64,000 bases of DNA from Spirochaetia bacterium (GCA_965203055.1 OZ241863.1:1-64000), one strand, 5' to 3'; positions 1 to 9,764 are shown, counted from the first letter of the stretch. Translations and numbers: made by a program. The notes: generated from the letters alone by a model not told the origin.

Positions 1-492
1 GGCCGCGGCGGTGCGCGTCAGCTCGATTCTCGGCAGCGTGAAGCGGTAGCTCCCGAACGGCTTCCACCACGAATCCCCGCAATCTGCCGGGCGCGCGCTG
101 CGGAAGCGAAATCCGCCGTACAGCCGCTGCTGCGGGCACCCGATCAGCGCTTCCACGGCGGCGCACACTTCGGCGAACGAAATCCCGCCGGCGCCGGTCA
201 CCGCGGCCGCGCTTCCTGCCCCCGCGCACTGCAGGGAGCGGCTGCGGTCCGACCAATAGCAGCCGGTCTCCGCCGGCCCGCCGCCGGCGCGGACGAGATG
301 CCGCAGGAAGGTAAGCGGGTCGGCCTCGGCCAGCGGCAGCTCGGCGCGGTGGTACCCCGTCCCGCGAGCAGCGTCTCGCAACTGCCAGGGACCGGGATGC
401 AGCGCCTGCAGGGCGCGGTCGAGCCAGCGCTCCGGCGGCGCGGCGGGCGCGGCAGGCGCGGCAGGCGCGGGCTGGTGCCGGGACTCGGACAT
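1..492 (-). CDS. menF: Isochorismate synthase N-terminal part (runs off the left edge; absent from ORF track)
   Basis: Manual translation from ATG at 492 is open to position 1: MSESRHQ...DPLTFL...CYWSDRSR...RLYGGFRF...WWKPFGSYRFTLPRIEL. YWSDR, YGGFRF and FG..F.LP..EL are MenF-like, and the gene lies directly downstream of menG. Confidence 0.7.
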   Translation of the reverse strand, partial: MSESRHQPAPAAPAAPAAPPERWLDRALQALHPGPWQLRDAARGTGYHRAELPLAEADPLTFLRHLVRAGGGPAETGCYWSDRSRSLQCAGAGSAAAVTGAGGISFAEVCAAVEALIGCPQQRLYGGFRFRSARPADCGDSWWKPFGSYRFTLPRIELTRTAAA

Positions 493-497
493 CACTT

Positions 498-1244
498 TCA
501 GGCCGGCTTGCGCGCGTGGTAGATCGCGGCAATGCCGAAGGTCAACGGGAGCCGCCGGATGCGTTCGAAGCCGGCCGCGGCGAGCAGCTCCGAGAACTCC
601 TCGGCGCCGGGAAACGACTCGACGGAGCGGTTCAGGTAGCGGTACGCGGTCGGGTTGCCGGAGATCAGGCCGCCGATGACGGGCAGCAGGCGGCGAAAGT
701 AGAGCAGGTACGGCAGGCGCACCAGGGGATGCCGCGGCAGAGCGAACTCCAGGATGGTCACCGAACCGGAGGAGCGCAGGACGCGGTGCATCTCCCGGAG
801 AGCGGTCCGATAGTCGGCCACGTTGCGGATGCCGAACGCAATGGTCACAGCGTCCACGCTCGCCGCCGCGGCGGGCAGCGCCAGGGCGTCCCCCTGCCGC
901 AGAACGACCTGCGCGGCCGCCCCGCTGCGCCGCACCTTGGCGCGCCCGCGGGCCAACATCTCGGCGGCAATGTCGATACCGGTCACGCGCACCTGCGGAT
1001 CGAGCGCCGCAAGGATCAGAGGCAGATCCGCGGTGCCGGTTGCTATGTCGAGAACGGTGCGGGGATGAGCGGCCAATACCAACTGCGCTGCCAATCTGCG
1101 CCAACGCTGATCGCGCTGCAACGACAGCACACGATTCAGGACGTCGTAGCGACGGGCAATTCCGTCGAACATGGCGCCGATCCGATCCGCAGCGCGTGTG
1201 CGCACCAGTAATGGCACGCTGGGGGTGCCCGCGACCGGAGCCAT
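498..1244 (-). CDS. menG: Demethylmenaquinone/ubiquinone C-methyltransferase (UbiE/MenG)
   Basis: MFDGIARRYDVLNRVLS, LDIATGTAD SAM-binding motif, TIAFGIRNV, AYRYLNRSVESFP, LTFGIA. Start re-assigned to ATG 1244. Confidence 0.9.
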   Translation of the reverse strand: MAPVAGTPSVPLLVRTRAADRIGAMFDGIARRYDVLNRVLSLQRDQRWRRLAAQLVLAAHPRTVLDIATGTADLPLILAALDPQVRVTGIDIAAEMLARGRAKVRRSGAAAQVVLRQGDALALPAAAASVDAVTIAFGIRNVADYRTALREMHRVLRSSGSVTILEFALPRHPLVRLPYLLYFRRLLPVIGGLISGNPTAYRYLNRSVESFPGAEEFSELLAAAGFERIRRLPLTFGIAAIYHARKPA

Positions 1245-1293
1245 TCCTAAGGCGAATCCTACGGCGTTCGAGGGGGGTAATGCAACCTGGAAA

Positions 1294-4200
1294 TCAGGTT
1301 GCCGGCACGGCGCCGGAATCGCGCCTCGCCGCGGCCCGCAGGTGCGCGGCAAGGCTGCGCGCCCGCCGCGGGTCGCGCGCCAGGAGCAGCCGCTGCAGTT
1401 CCCAGCGCTCATGTTCGGGCAGCGCCGCGGCCGCGCCGTCGAGAAACCGGACGCTGCCCGCCTCGCGTACCGCCAGCGGCACTCCGTCGCGAAACAGAAT
1501 GCGGTTCCCGCCTACGCCGGCCACGCGCTGCCGCTCCCGCGTCGGGTGTACCCTGAGACCGATGCCGCCGGCCGGATCGGCCGCCGCCAGCACGCGCAGC
1601 TCGCCGCCGGGCGCGGCCCGCCGCACGGCGCGCATCTTGGCGATCGCTTCGGCCAGGGCGAACTGCTCGCCGCCGACGCCGCTCACGAAGTATCCGCCGC
1701 GGATCACTCCGCGCGCCTCCAGCCGCCGGTAGACGCCGGCCAGCTCGCGCCACGGAGGGGCCAACGCTTCCCGCTCCAGGATGCGCCGGAACACCACTCC
1801 GTACCGCTCCAGCAGGCGCAGCGCGATCTGCTCCATGGCGGCCGGCGCCGCCTCCTCCTCGCTGCGCGGCGCCGGCCGCGGCAGCAGACTCCAGCGGCCC
1901 GAACGCGCCAGCCGCGGCGCGGCGGCAGCGCGCGGCATACCGGCGCCGGCGCCCGCGAAGCGCGCCCGGACGGTCGCGCCGGCGAAGGCGCCGCGCGCGC
2001 GGGCCGCGCGCCGTCCGGCGGCGCTCCGGGCCGCGGGCCGCAGCAGCCCGCGCAGGCCGGCGAAGCTGTCGCAGGTCACGATGCCGGCCGCGGCCAGCTC
2101 GCCCAGGGCGGCATCCACCTGCGCCGGCAGGAGCCGCGCCAGCCGCTGCAGCTCATCGCGGAACAGGGCGCCGCCGCGCTGCAGGCAGGCGCGCACCTCC
2201 TCGGCCGCGGCGCTGAGCGAACTCTCCGCGCCATCCTCCTCCGGCACGGGGGCGGAACTCTGCCACAGCTCCATCTCCTCCCGCGCCAGCAGCGCGATGG
2301 GGCTGCCGGCCACCGGCCCGCTACGGCTGCCGGAGCCGTTTCCGGCCGGCGGCCGCAGCCGCGCCCACACCACCTCGCCGCCGGCGCACAGCAGGTCGAG
2401 CCATGCCGGATCGTAGCCGGGCAGCCGCGCCGGCAGGATCCATTCTTCCCAGGCCGCGGCCGGCGCCTCGCAGCCGGCAAGCTGCCGGACCACCGCCAGC
2501 AACGCCTCGGCGCCCTGCGGCGCGGCGGGGCCGCCCGTGGGCGGCCCCGCCACCGGCGCGATCATCTGCCAGGTGAACAGAAACCGCAGGTAGTCGTCGA
2601 ACGCCAGCGGCTCGATTTCGCGCCGCAGCCGCCCCAGGGTGTAGCGGTGGATGCGCGCCAGCAGGCGCCGTTCGCACCACTCCTCGCCGCCGCTGCCGGT
2701 GAACTCGCCGCGCAGCACGGCGCCTTCGGTCTCCAGCGCCAGCAGTGCCGGCTCCACCTCGTCGCGCGGTACGCCGATCTGGCGCGCCAGCGTGGCGGCG
2801 CTGACCGGTCCGGCCGCCTCCAGGCGGCCGCGCACCACCTCGCGCAGTGCTTCATCGCGCAGCCACCGGCGCTGCGCCAGCGCCGGTGGGAGCTGCAGCG
2901 GCGGCTCCGCCGCCAGCGGATCGACCAGGGCCTGCCACAACGGCAGCCGCTCGGCCGCGATCCAGCGCGCTTCCGGGGAACCGTTGCCGGCCTTGCCGGA
3001 ACCGGCCGCGGCGATGCGGGTGGCCCGGCCTTGCCCGACAAGAGCAGCGAACAGCCCCCCCCAGCCCGCGCCTGCTCCCTCAGCCTCATCGATGAAGGTG
3101 AGCAACTCCAGGGCATCGTGCAGCTCGTCGGCGTCAGCCACCCGCGGCAGCGCCTCGGCGCGTACCCGGGCGATGGCGGCCGAATCCAGGGTGCCGAACT
3201 CGCGCGCCTCCTGGGGCGTAATCCAGCGCCGGTTGCGAATCGCCTGGGTACGGCGCTCCTCCAGTGGCGCGTCATCCAGGAACGCGTACGGCCGCGCGTT
3301 GATGATCTCCTGCGCGAAGGGAGACGGTTCGCGCAGGTCGCGCGCCACCAGTTGCACCGCGCCGCGTTCCATGTCAGCCAGCAGCGTCTCGAGTTGGGCC
3401 ACGTCCATCGCCTCGGTCAGGCAGTCGCCGACCGCTTGGGTCACCAGGGGGTGATCAGGCACTTCGCGGTCGCCGCTGAGGTTCTCCTGACAGGCAAGCT
3501 GGTCGGGGAATACCAGCGACAGCAGGTCTTCCGACTGCATCCGCTGCAGGTAGGGCGCCACCCGCTTGCCGCCGCGCTGGCGGACGACCGCCAGCGCGCA
3601 GGAGGCGTTCCAGCGCCAGCGGGTCTGGAACATTGGCGCATCCAGCAGCGCCTGCACCAGCACGCCGCGCACGCTGCCATGCTTCAGGTAGCGCCATACG
3701 TCGGCCAGCGGAAAGCTGTGGGTCTGGCCCAGCGACAGCACCAGGGCGTCTTCGTTGGCCGCCGCCTGCAACTCGAAGTTGAAGTTGCGGCAGAAGCGCT
3801 TGCGCAGCGCCAGCCCCCAGGCGCGGTTGAGACGACTGCCGCGCGGGGAGTGAATCACGACGTGCATGTCGCCGGCCTCATCGAAGAAGCGTTCGATTAC
3901 CGCCGTGGCGTGGGCGGGCATCGCGCCGAGGGCGTTCATGCCGGCGTGCAGGTAGTTCACCACCTGCTCAGCCGCCGCGGCCGCCAACCCCACCTCCGCC
4001 ACCAACCAGCGGCCCGCCGCGGCCGGGCTCTCGGTCTCGATCAGCCGCCGGATGCGGGTCCGCAGAGCGGACACCGCCTGGGACAGCTCGTCGCTACGGC
4101 CCGGCGCCTCTCCCAGCCAGAACGGCAGCGTGGGCGGTTTGGTGCCGGCATCCACCACCCGCACCACCCCGGTCTCGACCTTGACGATTTCCCACGACTT

Positions 4201-5826
4201 GTTGCCGAGCAGGAAGATGTCGCCGGGAACGCTTTCCACGGCGAAGTCTTCGTGGACGCTGCCGATGAACAGGTCCTGCGGGTCCACGCGTACCTGATAG
4301 TCGAAGTTGTCGGGAATCGCGCCGCCGTTGGTCAGGGCGACCAGGCCGGCGCCGCGGCGCCCGCGCAAGCGTCCGCCGATGCCGTCGTGGTGCAGGTAGG
4401 CGGCGCGCCGCCCGCGCGCGGTGGAGAAGCCCTCGGCCAGCATGCGCACCACGGCGTCGAACTGCTCGCGGGGCAGATCGCGGTAGGGAAACGCGCGCCG
4501 GCAGACGGCGAACAGCGCCTCGGCCGTCCACTCCTGCGTACTCACCTCGGCCACGATCTGTTGCGCCAGCACGTCCAGCGGCTGCGGCGGCACGCTGATG
4601 CGGTCCAGCTCTCCCGCCTGCGCCGCGGCCAGCAGCGCCGTGCACTCCACCAGTTCGTCGCGGGTAAGGGGAAACAGGCGGCCCTTGGGGGTGCCGGAGA
4701 TATGGTGCCCGGAGCGGCCGACGCGCTGCAGGAACGCCATGATCGACTTGGGCGACCCGAACTGGCACACCAGGTCCACCACGCCGATGTCGATGCCGAG
4801 CTCCAGGGACGCGGTCGCGACGATGACCCGCAGCTTGCCGGCCTTCAACCGCTGTTCGGCGTCCAGCCGCTGCTCGCGCGACAGGCTGCCGTGGTGCGCG
4901 GCGACCTGCTCCTCTCCCAGCAGGGCGCCCAGGGCGTGGCTCATGCGCTCCGCGAGGCGGCGCGTGTTGACGAAGATCAGGGTGGTGCGGTGATCCAGGA
5001 TCAACTCCGCCAGGCGCTGATACAGCTCGTCCCACACCTCGTTCGCCATCACCGCCTCCAGCGGCGATCCGGGCACCTCCAGCGTCACGTCCATGGCGCG
5101 GCGATGCCCGCTGTCGACGATGCGGCAGGCCGGCGGCTTCCCGGCCGGCGCCGGTTCGCGGCCCATCCCGGTCAGGAAGGCGGCGGCCGTAGCGATGGGG
5201 CGTTGCGTAGCCGACAAGCCGATGCGGGTGACCGGCGCTTCGGTGAGGGCATCCAGGCGCTCCAGGCTCAGCGCCAGATGAGAGCCGCGCTTGGAGCCCA
5301 GAATGGCGTGGATCTCGTCGACGATCACCGTGCGGGTGGTGGCCAACAGACGGCGCCCACCGGCGCTGGTGAGCAGCAGATAGAGTGATTCCGGGGTCGT
5401 CACCACGACGTGCGGCGGGCGTTTGGTCATGGCGGCGCGGGCGGCCGCCGGCGTGTCGCCGGTGCGCAGGCCGGCGCGGATTTCCGCGGCGCCGCCGGGC
5501 GCAGGCCGCAAGCGCTCCCGGATCCCCTGCAGCGGGGCCTGCAAATTGCGTTCGATGTCGTTGCTGAGCGCCTTGAGGGGCGAAACGTAGACCACCCTGG
5601 TTGCGTCCGTCAGGGTGCCGGCGGCGGCCTCCCGCACCAGGTCGTCGATAGCGCACAGGAACGCCGCCAGCGTCTTGCCGGAGCCGGTGGGCGCCGCGAT
5701 CAGGGTGTGACTGCCCGCCTTGATCGCGGGCCACGCGGCGCGCTGCGCCGGTGACGGGGCGGCGAAGGCAGCGCGGAACCATGCCGCCGCGGCGGGATGA
5801 AACAGGGTCAGCGGGTCAGTGTCCAT
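1294..5826 (-). CDS. lhr: Lhr-family DEAD/DEAH-box helicase, long form (1510 aa) with C-terminal extension
   Basis: APTGSGKT, SPLKALSNDI, TTPESL, VDEIH, GLSATQ, HHGSLS, TASLELGIDIG, QRVGRSGH. C-terminal LLERYGVVFR...RGGYFVSGVGGEQFA is typical of long Lhr. Confidence 0.93.
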   Translation of the reverse strand: MDTDPLTLFHPAAAAWFRAAFAAPSPAQRAAWPAIKAGSHTLIAAPTGSGKTLAAFLCAIDDLVREAAAGTLTDATRVVYVSPLKALSNDIERNLQAPLQGIRERLRPAPGGAAEIRAGLRTGDTPAAARAAMTKRPPHVVVTTPESLYLLLTSAGGRRLLATTRTVIVDEIHAILGSKRGSHLALSLERLDALTEAPVTRIGLSATQRPIATAAAFLTGMGREPAPAGKPPACRIVDSGHRRAMDVTLEVPGSPLEAVMANEVWDELYQRLAELILDHRTTLIFVNTRRLAERMSHALGALLGEEQVAAHHGSLSREQRLDAEQRLKAGKLRVIVATASLELGIDIGVVDLVCQFGSPKSIMAFLQRVGRSGHHISGTPKGRLFPLTRDELVECTALLAAAQAGELDRISVPPQPLDVLAQQIVAEVSTQEWTAEALFAVCRRAFPYRDLPREQFDAVVRMLAEGFSTARGRRAAYLHHDGIGGRLRGRRGAGLVALTNGGAIPDNFDYQVRVDPQDLFIGSVHEDFAVESVPGDIFLLGNKSWEIVKVETGVVRVVDAGTKPPTLPFWLGEAPGRSDELSQAVSALRTRIRRLIETESPAAAGRWLVAEVGLAAAAAEQVVNYLHAGMNALGAMPAHATAVIERFFDEAGDMHVVIHSPRGSRLNRAWGLALRKRFCRNFNFELQAAANEDALVLSLGQTHSFPLADVWRYLKHGSVRGVLVQALLDAPMFQTRWRWNASCALAVVRQRGGKRVAPYLQRMQSEDLLSLVFPDQLACQENLSGDREVPDHPLVTQAVGDCLTEAMDVAQLETLLADMERGAVQLVARDLREPSPFAQEIINARPYAFLDDAPLEERRTQAIRNRRWITPQEAREFGTLDSAAIARVRAEALPRVADADELHDALELLTFIDEAEGAGAGWGGLFAALVGQGRATRIAAAGSGKAGNGSPEARWIAAERLPLWQALVDPLAAEPPLQLPPALAQRRWLRDEALREVVRGRLEAAGPVSAATLARQIGVPRDEVEPALLALETEGAVLRGEFTGSGGEEWCERRLLARIHRYTLGRLRREIEPLAFDDYLRFLFTWQMIAPVAGPPTGGPAAPQGAEALLAVVRQLAGCEAPAAAWEEWILPARLPGYDPAWLDLLCAGGEVVWARLRPPAGNGSGSRSGPVAGSPIALLAREEMELWQSSAPVPEEDGAESSLSAAAEEVRACLQRGGALFRDELQRLARLLPAQVDAALGELAAAGIVTCDSFAGLRGLLRPAARSAAGRRAARARGAFAGATVRARFAGAGAGMPRAAAAPRLARSGRWSLLPRPAPRSEEEAAPAAMEQIALRLLERYGVVFRRILEREALAPPWRELAGVYRRLEARGVIRGGYFVSGVGGEQFALAEAIAKMRAVRRAAPGGELRVLAAADPAGGIGLRVHPTRERQRVAGVGGNRILFRDGVPLAVREAGSVRFLDGAAAALPEHERWELQRLLLARDPRRARSLAAHLRAAARRDSGAVPAT

Positions 5827-5832
5827 AGAGCC

Positions 5833-5872
5833 AAAAAAGGACTCCGCCAGCCGGGACGGCCGCCGAAGTCCT
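5833..5872 (-). terminator. Intrinsic terminator downstream of the small secreted-protein gene, immediately upstream of lhr
   Basis: Minus strand AGGACTTCGGCGGCCG-TCC-CGGCTGGCGGAGTCCT followed by a T run: a GC stem plus U-tract. Confidence 0.7.
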
Positions 5873-5901
5873 CAATCAGGCGGGTGTCGGGCGGCGCGGA
5901 C

Positions 5902-6153
5902 CTAATGGCCTCCCGCCGCGCACCCGGCGCCGGCATACCCCTTGCTCCACGTTTCCTCCTGGGCAAGACTTGGCGTCTGTACCATGCCGGAGGTCGTGAC
6001 GCTGGCCGGAGTCGCTGCCGCGGGTGCGGTCTCCACTACCGGCTGGGCCACGATCTGGGGAACGTTGAGCGAGAAGGGAAGCACGTCGTCGAACACCAGC
6101 GACATGGCGAACAATGTCGTTACCACCGCCAGTACTGCTATCGTGATGCGCAT
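5902..6153 (-). CDS. Small exported or membrane-anchored hypothetical protein (83 aa)
   Basis: GGGAGGTG RBS before ATG 6153; hydrophobic N-terminus MRITIAVLAVVTTLFAMSLVF; P/A/T-rich linker; has its own promoter and terminator. Confidence 0.65.
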   Translation of the reverse strand: MRITIAVLAVVTTLFAMSLVFDDVLPFSLNVPQIVAQPVVETAPAAATPASVTTSGMVQTPSLAQEETWSKGYAGAGCAAGGH

Positions 6154-6178
6154 ATCGGCACCTCCCGTGTGCGCGCAA

Positions 6179-6207
6179 ACCCTACCCCGCGCCCGCCCCG
6201 TTGTCAA
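6179..6207 (-). promoter_or_regulatory. Sigma70-type promoter for the small exported protein gene
   Basis: TTGACA (6207-6202), 17-nt spacer, TAGGGT (6184-6179). Confidence 0.55.
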
Positions 6208-6367
6208 TCAGCCTCCGCGCCGCCGCTGCACTCGTCGCCGCCCGCCGGACCTGAACGGGCGGCATCAAGGCCAGCGCTTGGCGATGAGCCAGTTCTCCCG
6301 CCAATCGCAGGGCACGGCAACAGGCGCCCTGTTCCGTCAGATGCTATGGCACGGTTGTCGAGACCAG

Positions 6368-6376
6368 TGGTATAAT
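6368..6376 (+). promoter_or_regulatory. Extended -10 element upstream of the ATPase-nuclease pair
   Basis: TGG-TATAAT in an otherwise GC-rich intergenic region. Confidence 0.45.
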
Positions 6377-6464
6377 CGCACCGCTCAGACCGCTGCAAAG
6401 AGTACCTGAGCGGCCGCGCTGACCGGCGTGTTCGGTGGCGGGGACCCTGGCAGCCGGAGTGATT

Positions 6465-7490
6465 GTGGGACTGACGCGAGTAGAACTTGAGCGCTTTACA
6501 GCGTTCTCCAAATTGACCCTGGACCTTTCTCCAGGTATCAACGTCCTGGTGGGAGCCAACGGCACCGGCAAAACCCACATCATGAAAGTTTGCTACGCCG
6601 CATGTGACGCCAACAAGAATGGAGGGAAGCGATTCGCGGACAAACTGGTTGACGTATTTCGTCCTTCCGGCAGGTCAATAGGACGTCTTGTCAAACGCCA
6701 AAAGGGAAGGACCGAGGCCGTCATAAGGGTATTTCGCGGCTCCTACAGATTGCATTCGTCGTTCTCAGGTCAGGCAACTTCCACTTCTTCAATGACCTCT
6801 ACCAGACACCGAATATGGGTAGATGAGCCGATAGATTCTGTCTACATTCCGGTAAAGGAGATGCTTGCAAACGCGCCCGGGTTTCGATCGCTCTATGAGA
6901 CTCGGGAGATCCATTTTGAAGACGTGTACAAGGATATCCTGGACCGCGCTTACATACCGGTCTTACGCGGAGCTCCTGAACTGGAACGAAAGCGCCTTCT
7001 GACCATCCTTCGAGATGCCATTCAAGGCAGAGTTACGATCAAGAACGAAGAATTTTTCTTGCGTAACGCACATGGCAATATCGAATTCTCGCTGCTTGCG
7101 GAGGGGATCCGAAAACTGGGACTGTTGTGGCTCTTGATACGGAATGGGACGTTGCGGCGTGGATCGCTGTTGCTGTGGGACGAGCCGGAGACCAATCTGA
7201 ACCCGAAACTGTACGGAACCGTCATGGAAGTTCTACTGGAGTTGCAACGCAACGGCGTTCAGATCGTGCTAGCTACTCACGATTACGTCATTCTCAAAGA
7301 ACTTGATCTGCGCATGACCAAAGATGACTGGGTAGCATTCCATTCTCTCTATCGTGACTCTGACAGCGGCGAGATAGCGTGCCGGACTACGCATGACTAC
7401 TTGGCCATCGAACCAAACGCGATTGCGGAGACGTTCGACGTCCTGTACGACCGAGAAATAGAGCGTGGTATGAGGGAACGGTCCCAGTGA
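6465..7490 (+). CDS. Soluble ABC-superfamily ATPase (AAA_15/AAA_21-like, defence type)
   Basis: Walker A GANGTGKT near the N-terminus, signature-like LAEGIRK, Walker B LLLWDEPETNLNP, H-loop ATHD. No transmembrane partner; lower GC than the flanks. Start GTG 6465 follows GGAG. Confidence 0.85.
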   Translation: MGLTRVELERFTAFSKLTLDLSPGINVLVGANGTGKTHIMKVCYAACDANKNGGKRFADKLVDVFRPSGRSIGRLVKRQKGRTEAVIRVFRGSYRLHSSFSGQATSTSSMTSTRHRIWVDEPIDSVYIPVKEMLANAPGFRSLYETREIHFEDVYKDILDRAYIPVLRGAPELERKRLLTILRDAIQGRVTIKNEEFFLRNAHGNIEFSLLAEGIRKLGLLWLLIRNGTLRRGSLLLWDEPETNLNPKLYGTVMEVLLELQRNGVQIVLATHDYVILKELDLRMTKDDWVAFHSLYRDSDSGEIACRTTHDYLAIEPNAIAETFDVLYDREIERGMRERSQ

Positions 7491-7972
7491 CGCTGACCGA
7501 AGGAACTCTACAGATCACATTCAATGGCGCCATCAATGCCCGTAAGTTCGACGATAGAACGCATGGTTTGAGCCACTGCATGAAGGCCGTTGACTTCATT
7601 GTTGAGTTCTCTAAGTATTATCTATTCGTTGAGATAAAGGACCCAACGAACCTTGAAGAATATAAGAGAAGATTGGAGCGACGTGAGCTTGATGGATCTC
7701 TGAAGTACAAATTTCGTGACTCTTTCCTATATGAATTGGCGTCAGGGAGAGCTGACAAACCGATAGATTACTTCGTTCTCATTACTGGAATCGATGAGAA
7801 TCTTCTGACCCGTAGAAATGAAAACTTGAGACGAAATATACCAGTTCTTGGACCTCATTCACAACCTTGGAACAAGCCATTTGTCCGGAAAGTTGCCATA
7901 TTCAACGTGCAAAGCTGGAAACGCTTGCTTCCGGGCTATCCGGTGATTCACTGGCCGTCGTCTGCCTGCTAG
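7487..7972 (+). CDS. Hypothetical protein with PD-(D/E)xK-like nuclease motif, coupled to the ATPase
   Basis: GTGA overlap with the ATPase stop; KAVDFIVE...LFVEIKD matches the D...ExK pattern; AT-rich. Confidence 0.6.
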   Translation: MTLTEGTLQITFNGAINARKFDDRTHGLSHCMKAVDFIVEFSKYYLFVEIKDPTNLEEYKRRLERRELDGSLKYKFRDSFLYELASGRADKPIDYFVLITGIDENLLTRRNENLRRNIPVLGPHSQPWNKPFVRKVAIFNVQSWKRLLPGYPVIHWPSSAC

Positions 7973-7973
7973 G

Positions 7974-9314
7974 CTACGCGGCGCGAGGCTGCAGGATTTC
8001 CTCGGTAAGCAGGCGGTCCAGGGCGCGGCCGAAGGCGGCCAGGGTGGCGTCGATGGCGGCGGCGTCGTGCACTGCCGACACGATGTAGGTCACGCCGCGC
8101 ATTGCGTCCACGCCCTCGTTCAGCAACGCCAGCCGGAAGCGTTGCGCCACGTCTCCGCCGCGGGAGTTGCTCAACGACGGCAGGGCAGCCGCTACCGAGG
8201 CCGGACTGCCATCCCCCGCCACGTTGGGAGCGACGTGCACCAGGGAGCCGTCGTGGTAGGCGAAGCCCTGGGCGCCGCGTTCCGCGAACAGCCGATTCAT
8301 GCCGGCGCATAGCCGCGCGGCGGCGCGGTTGGCGCGTTCGGTCAGTGGCTCCTCGGCTACCAGCCCGAGGCAGGCGGCGCCGGCGGCGGCGCTCAGCGGG
8401 TTGGCGTTGAAGGTGCCGGGGTGCGCCACGCGCCGGCTCCCGCCGGACATCGCTATCTGATCCAGAATCTCGGCGCGGCCGCCCACCGCGCCGCCGGGCA
8501 GCCCGCCGGCGACGATCTTGGCCATGGTGGTCAGGTCGGGCCGGATCCCCAGCCGCTGCTGCGCCCCGCCCGGGGTGATGCGGAAGCCGGTCACCACTTC
8601 GTCGAAGATCAGCAGCACGCCGTGGCGTTCGGTGCTGGCGCGCAGGTGGTGGACGAACTCCGCGGCTACCGGCACGCGGCCGCTGCCGGCGCCGGTGGGT
8701 TCGATGATCACTGCCGCCAGGTCGCGGTCCTCCGCCAGGGTCCGGTCCAGCAGCTCGGCGTCGCCCGGCGCAATGACCCGCACCGTGGCGCCCACCGCCG
8801 CGGGAATGCCGGGGCCGGCAAACGTTCCGTCGCCGGGGACGGCTGCGGCGTAATCGTTCCAGCCGTGGAAATGGTCCGCGAAGCGCAGCACCTTGGAGCG
8901 CCCGGTAAAGGCGCGCGCCAGGCGCAGCGCCATCAGCGTGGCCTCGGTGCCGGAGCTGTGGAACCGTACCCGCTCCACCGAGGGCATCAGCCGCTGCACC
9001 GCCTCGGCCCAACGCAGTTCCAGCTCGGTGTTGCCTCCCAGGTGGGTGCCGCGTTGCATCTGCCCGGTCACCGCCGCCACGATGGCGGGATGGCTGTGCC
9101 CCAGCAGCAGCGCGCCGTGGCCCATCACGTAATCGAGGTACTCGTTGCCGTCCACGTCCACCTTGCGCGCGCCGCCGGCCGCGGCCAGCGCGATGGGGAA
9201 CGGCTCCAGGTAGCGGGCATCGTGGGTTACCCCGCCGGGAAACGCCCCGCCGGCGCGCCGGTACACCTCCGCCGACCGCCGGTGCTTGCTCAGGTACTGC
9301 TGCTCGATGGTCAC
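7974..9314 (-). CDS. Class III PLP aminotransferase (glutamate-1-semialdehyde aminomutase-like)
   Basis: DVDGNEYLDYVMGHGALLLGH, SSGTEAT, HFHGWND, LIFDEVVTGFR, DLTTMAKIVAGGLP, HPGTFNANP. Confidence 0.88.
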   Translation of the reverse strand: MTIEQQYLSKHRRSAEVYRRAGGAFPGGVTHDARYLEPFPIALAAAGGARKVDVDGNEYLDYVMGHGALLLGHSHPAIVAAVTGQMQRGTHLGGNTELELRWAEAVQRLMPSVERVRFHSSGTEATLMALRLARAFTGRSKVLRFADHFHGWNDYAAAVPGDGTFAGPGIPAAVGATVRVIAPGDAELLDRTLAEDRDLAAVIIEPTGAGSGRVPVAAEFVHHLRASTERHGVLLIFDEVVTGFRITPGGAQQRLGIRPDLTTMAKIVAGGLPGGAVGGRAEILDQIAMSGGSRRVAHPGTFNANPLSAAAGAACLGLVAEEPLTERANRAAARLCAGMNRLFAERGAQGFAYHDGSLVHVAPNVAGDGSPASVAAALPSLSNSRGGDVAQRFRLALLNEGVDAMRGVTYIVSAVHDAAAIDATLAAFGRALDRLLTEEILQPRAA

Positions 9315-9318
9315 GGCG

Positions 9319-9639
9319 TCAGTCGGCGCTCACCGCGGTGCCGCTGGCGCTCACCATGAGCATGCTGCCGCCGGTGCCGACCACCTCGTAGTCGAGATCG
9401 ACGCCGACCACCGCGTTGCCGCCCTGCTGCCGGGCCGCGTCAGCCATCTCCTTCAGGGCCAACTCGCGGGCTTTGCGCAGTTCCTCCTCGTAGGCGACGG
9501 AGCGTCCGCCTACCACGTCGCGGATGCCGGCGAAGAAATCCTTGAAGATGTTGGCGCCGAGGATCGCCTCGCCCGTGACGATGCCGCGGTACTCGCGGAT
9601 ACTCTTGCCTTCGATACTGGGGGTGGTGGTCAGGATCAT
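9319..9639 (-). CDS. UPF0145/YbjQ family protein
   Basis: [11 protein letters not shown]...[31 protein letters not shown]...[11 protein letters not shown]...VSASGTAV. Confidence 0.92.
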   Translation of the reverse strand: MILTTTPSIEGKSIREYRGIVTGEAILGANIFKDFFAGIRDVVGGRSVAYEEELRKARELALKEMADAARQQGGNAVVGVDLDYEVVGTGGSMLMVSASGTAVSAD

Positions 9640-9764
9640 CTATCGTCTCCTGCGGGAGGCGCGCTCGTCATGCCTTGCGGCTGACCGTCGGCGAGCCCGC
9701 GCTTGGGGTTTCACGTGACCAATCGTACCACATTACGGTCCGGCAAAGCAGCGTTCGCAGCCGG

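Noticed and set aside
1171..5388. 1405-aa + strand ORF, and similar long antisense or alternate-frame ORFs (13498..16317, 21662..24241, 38258..40672, 52414..54141, 54162..56714, 61475..63901)
   Set aside because: Shadow ORFs of well-supported genes. Stop codons are scarce at high GC, and the translations have no recognisable motifs.
7974..9314. Calling the aminotransferase hemL
   Set aside because: No tetrapyrrole genes are adjacent, and motifs such as GGVTHD and HFHGWND fit GSA-like paralogues. Left unnamed.
9708..9723. parS-like GGTTTCACGTGACCAA
   Set aside because: Four mismatches to TGTTTCACGTGAAACA, the right arm is broken, it is single-copy and no parAB is nearby.
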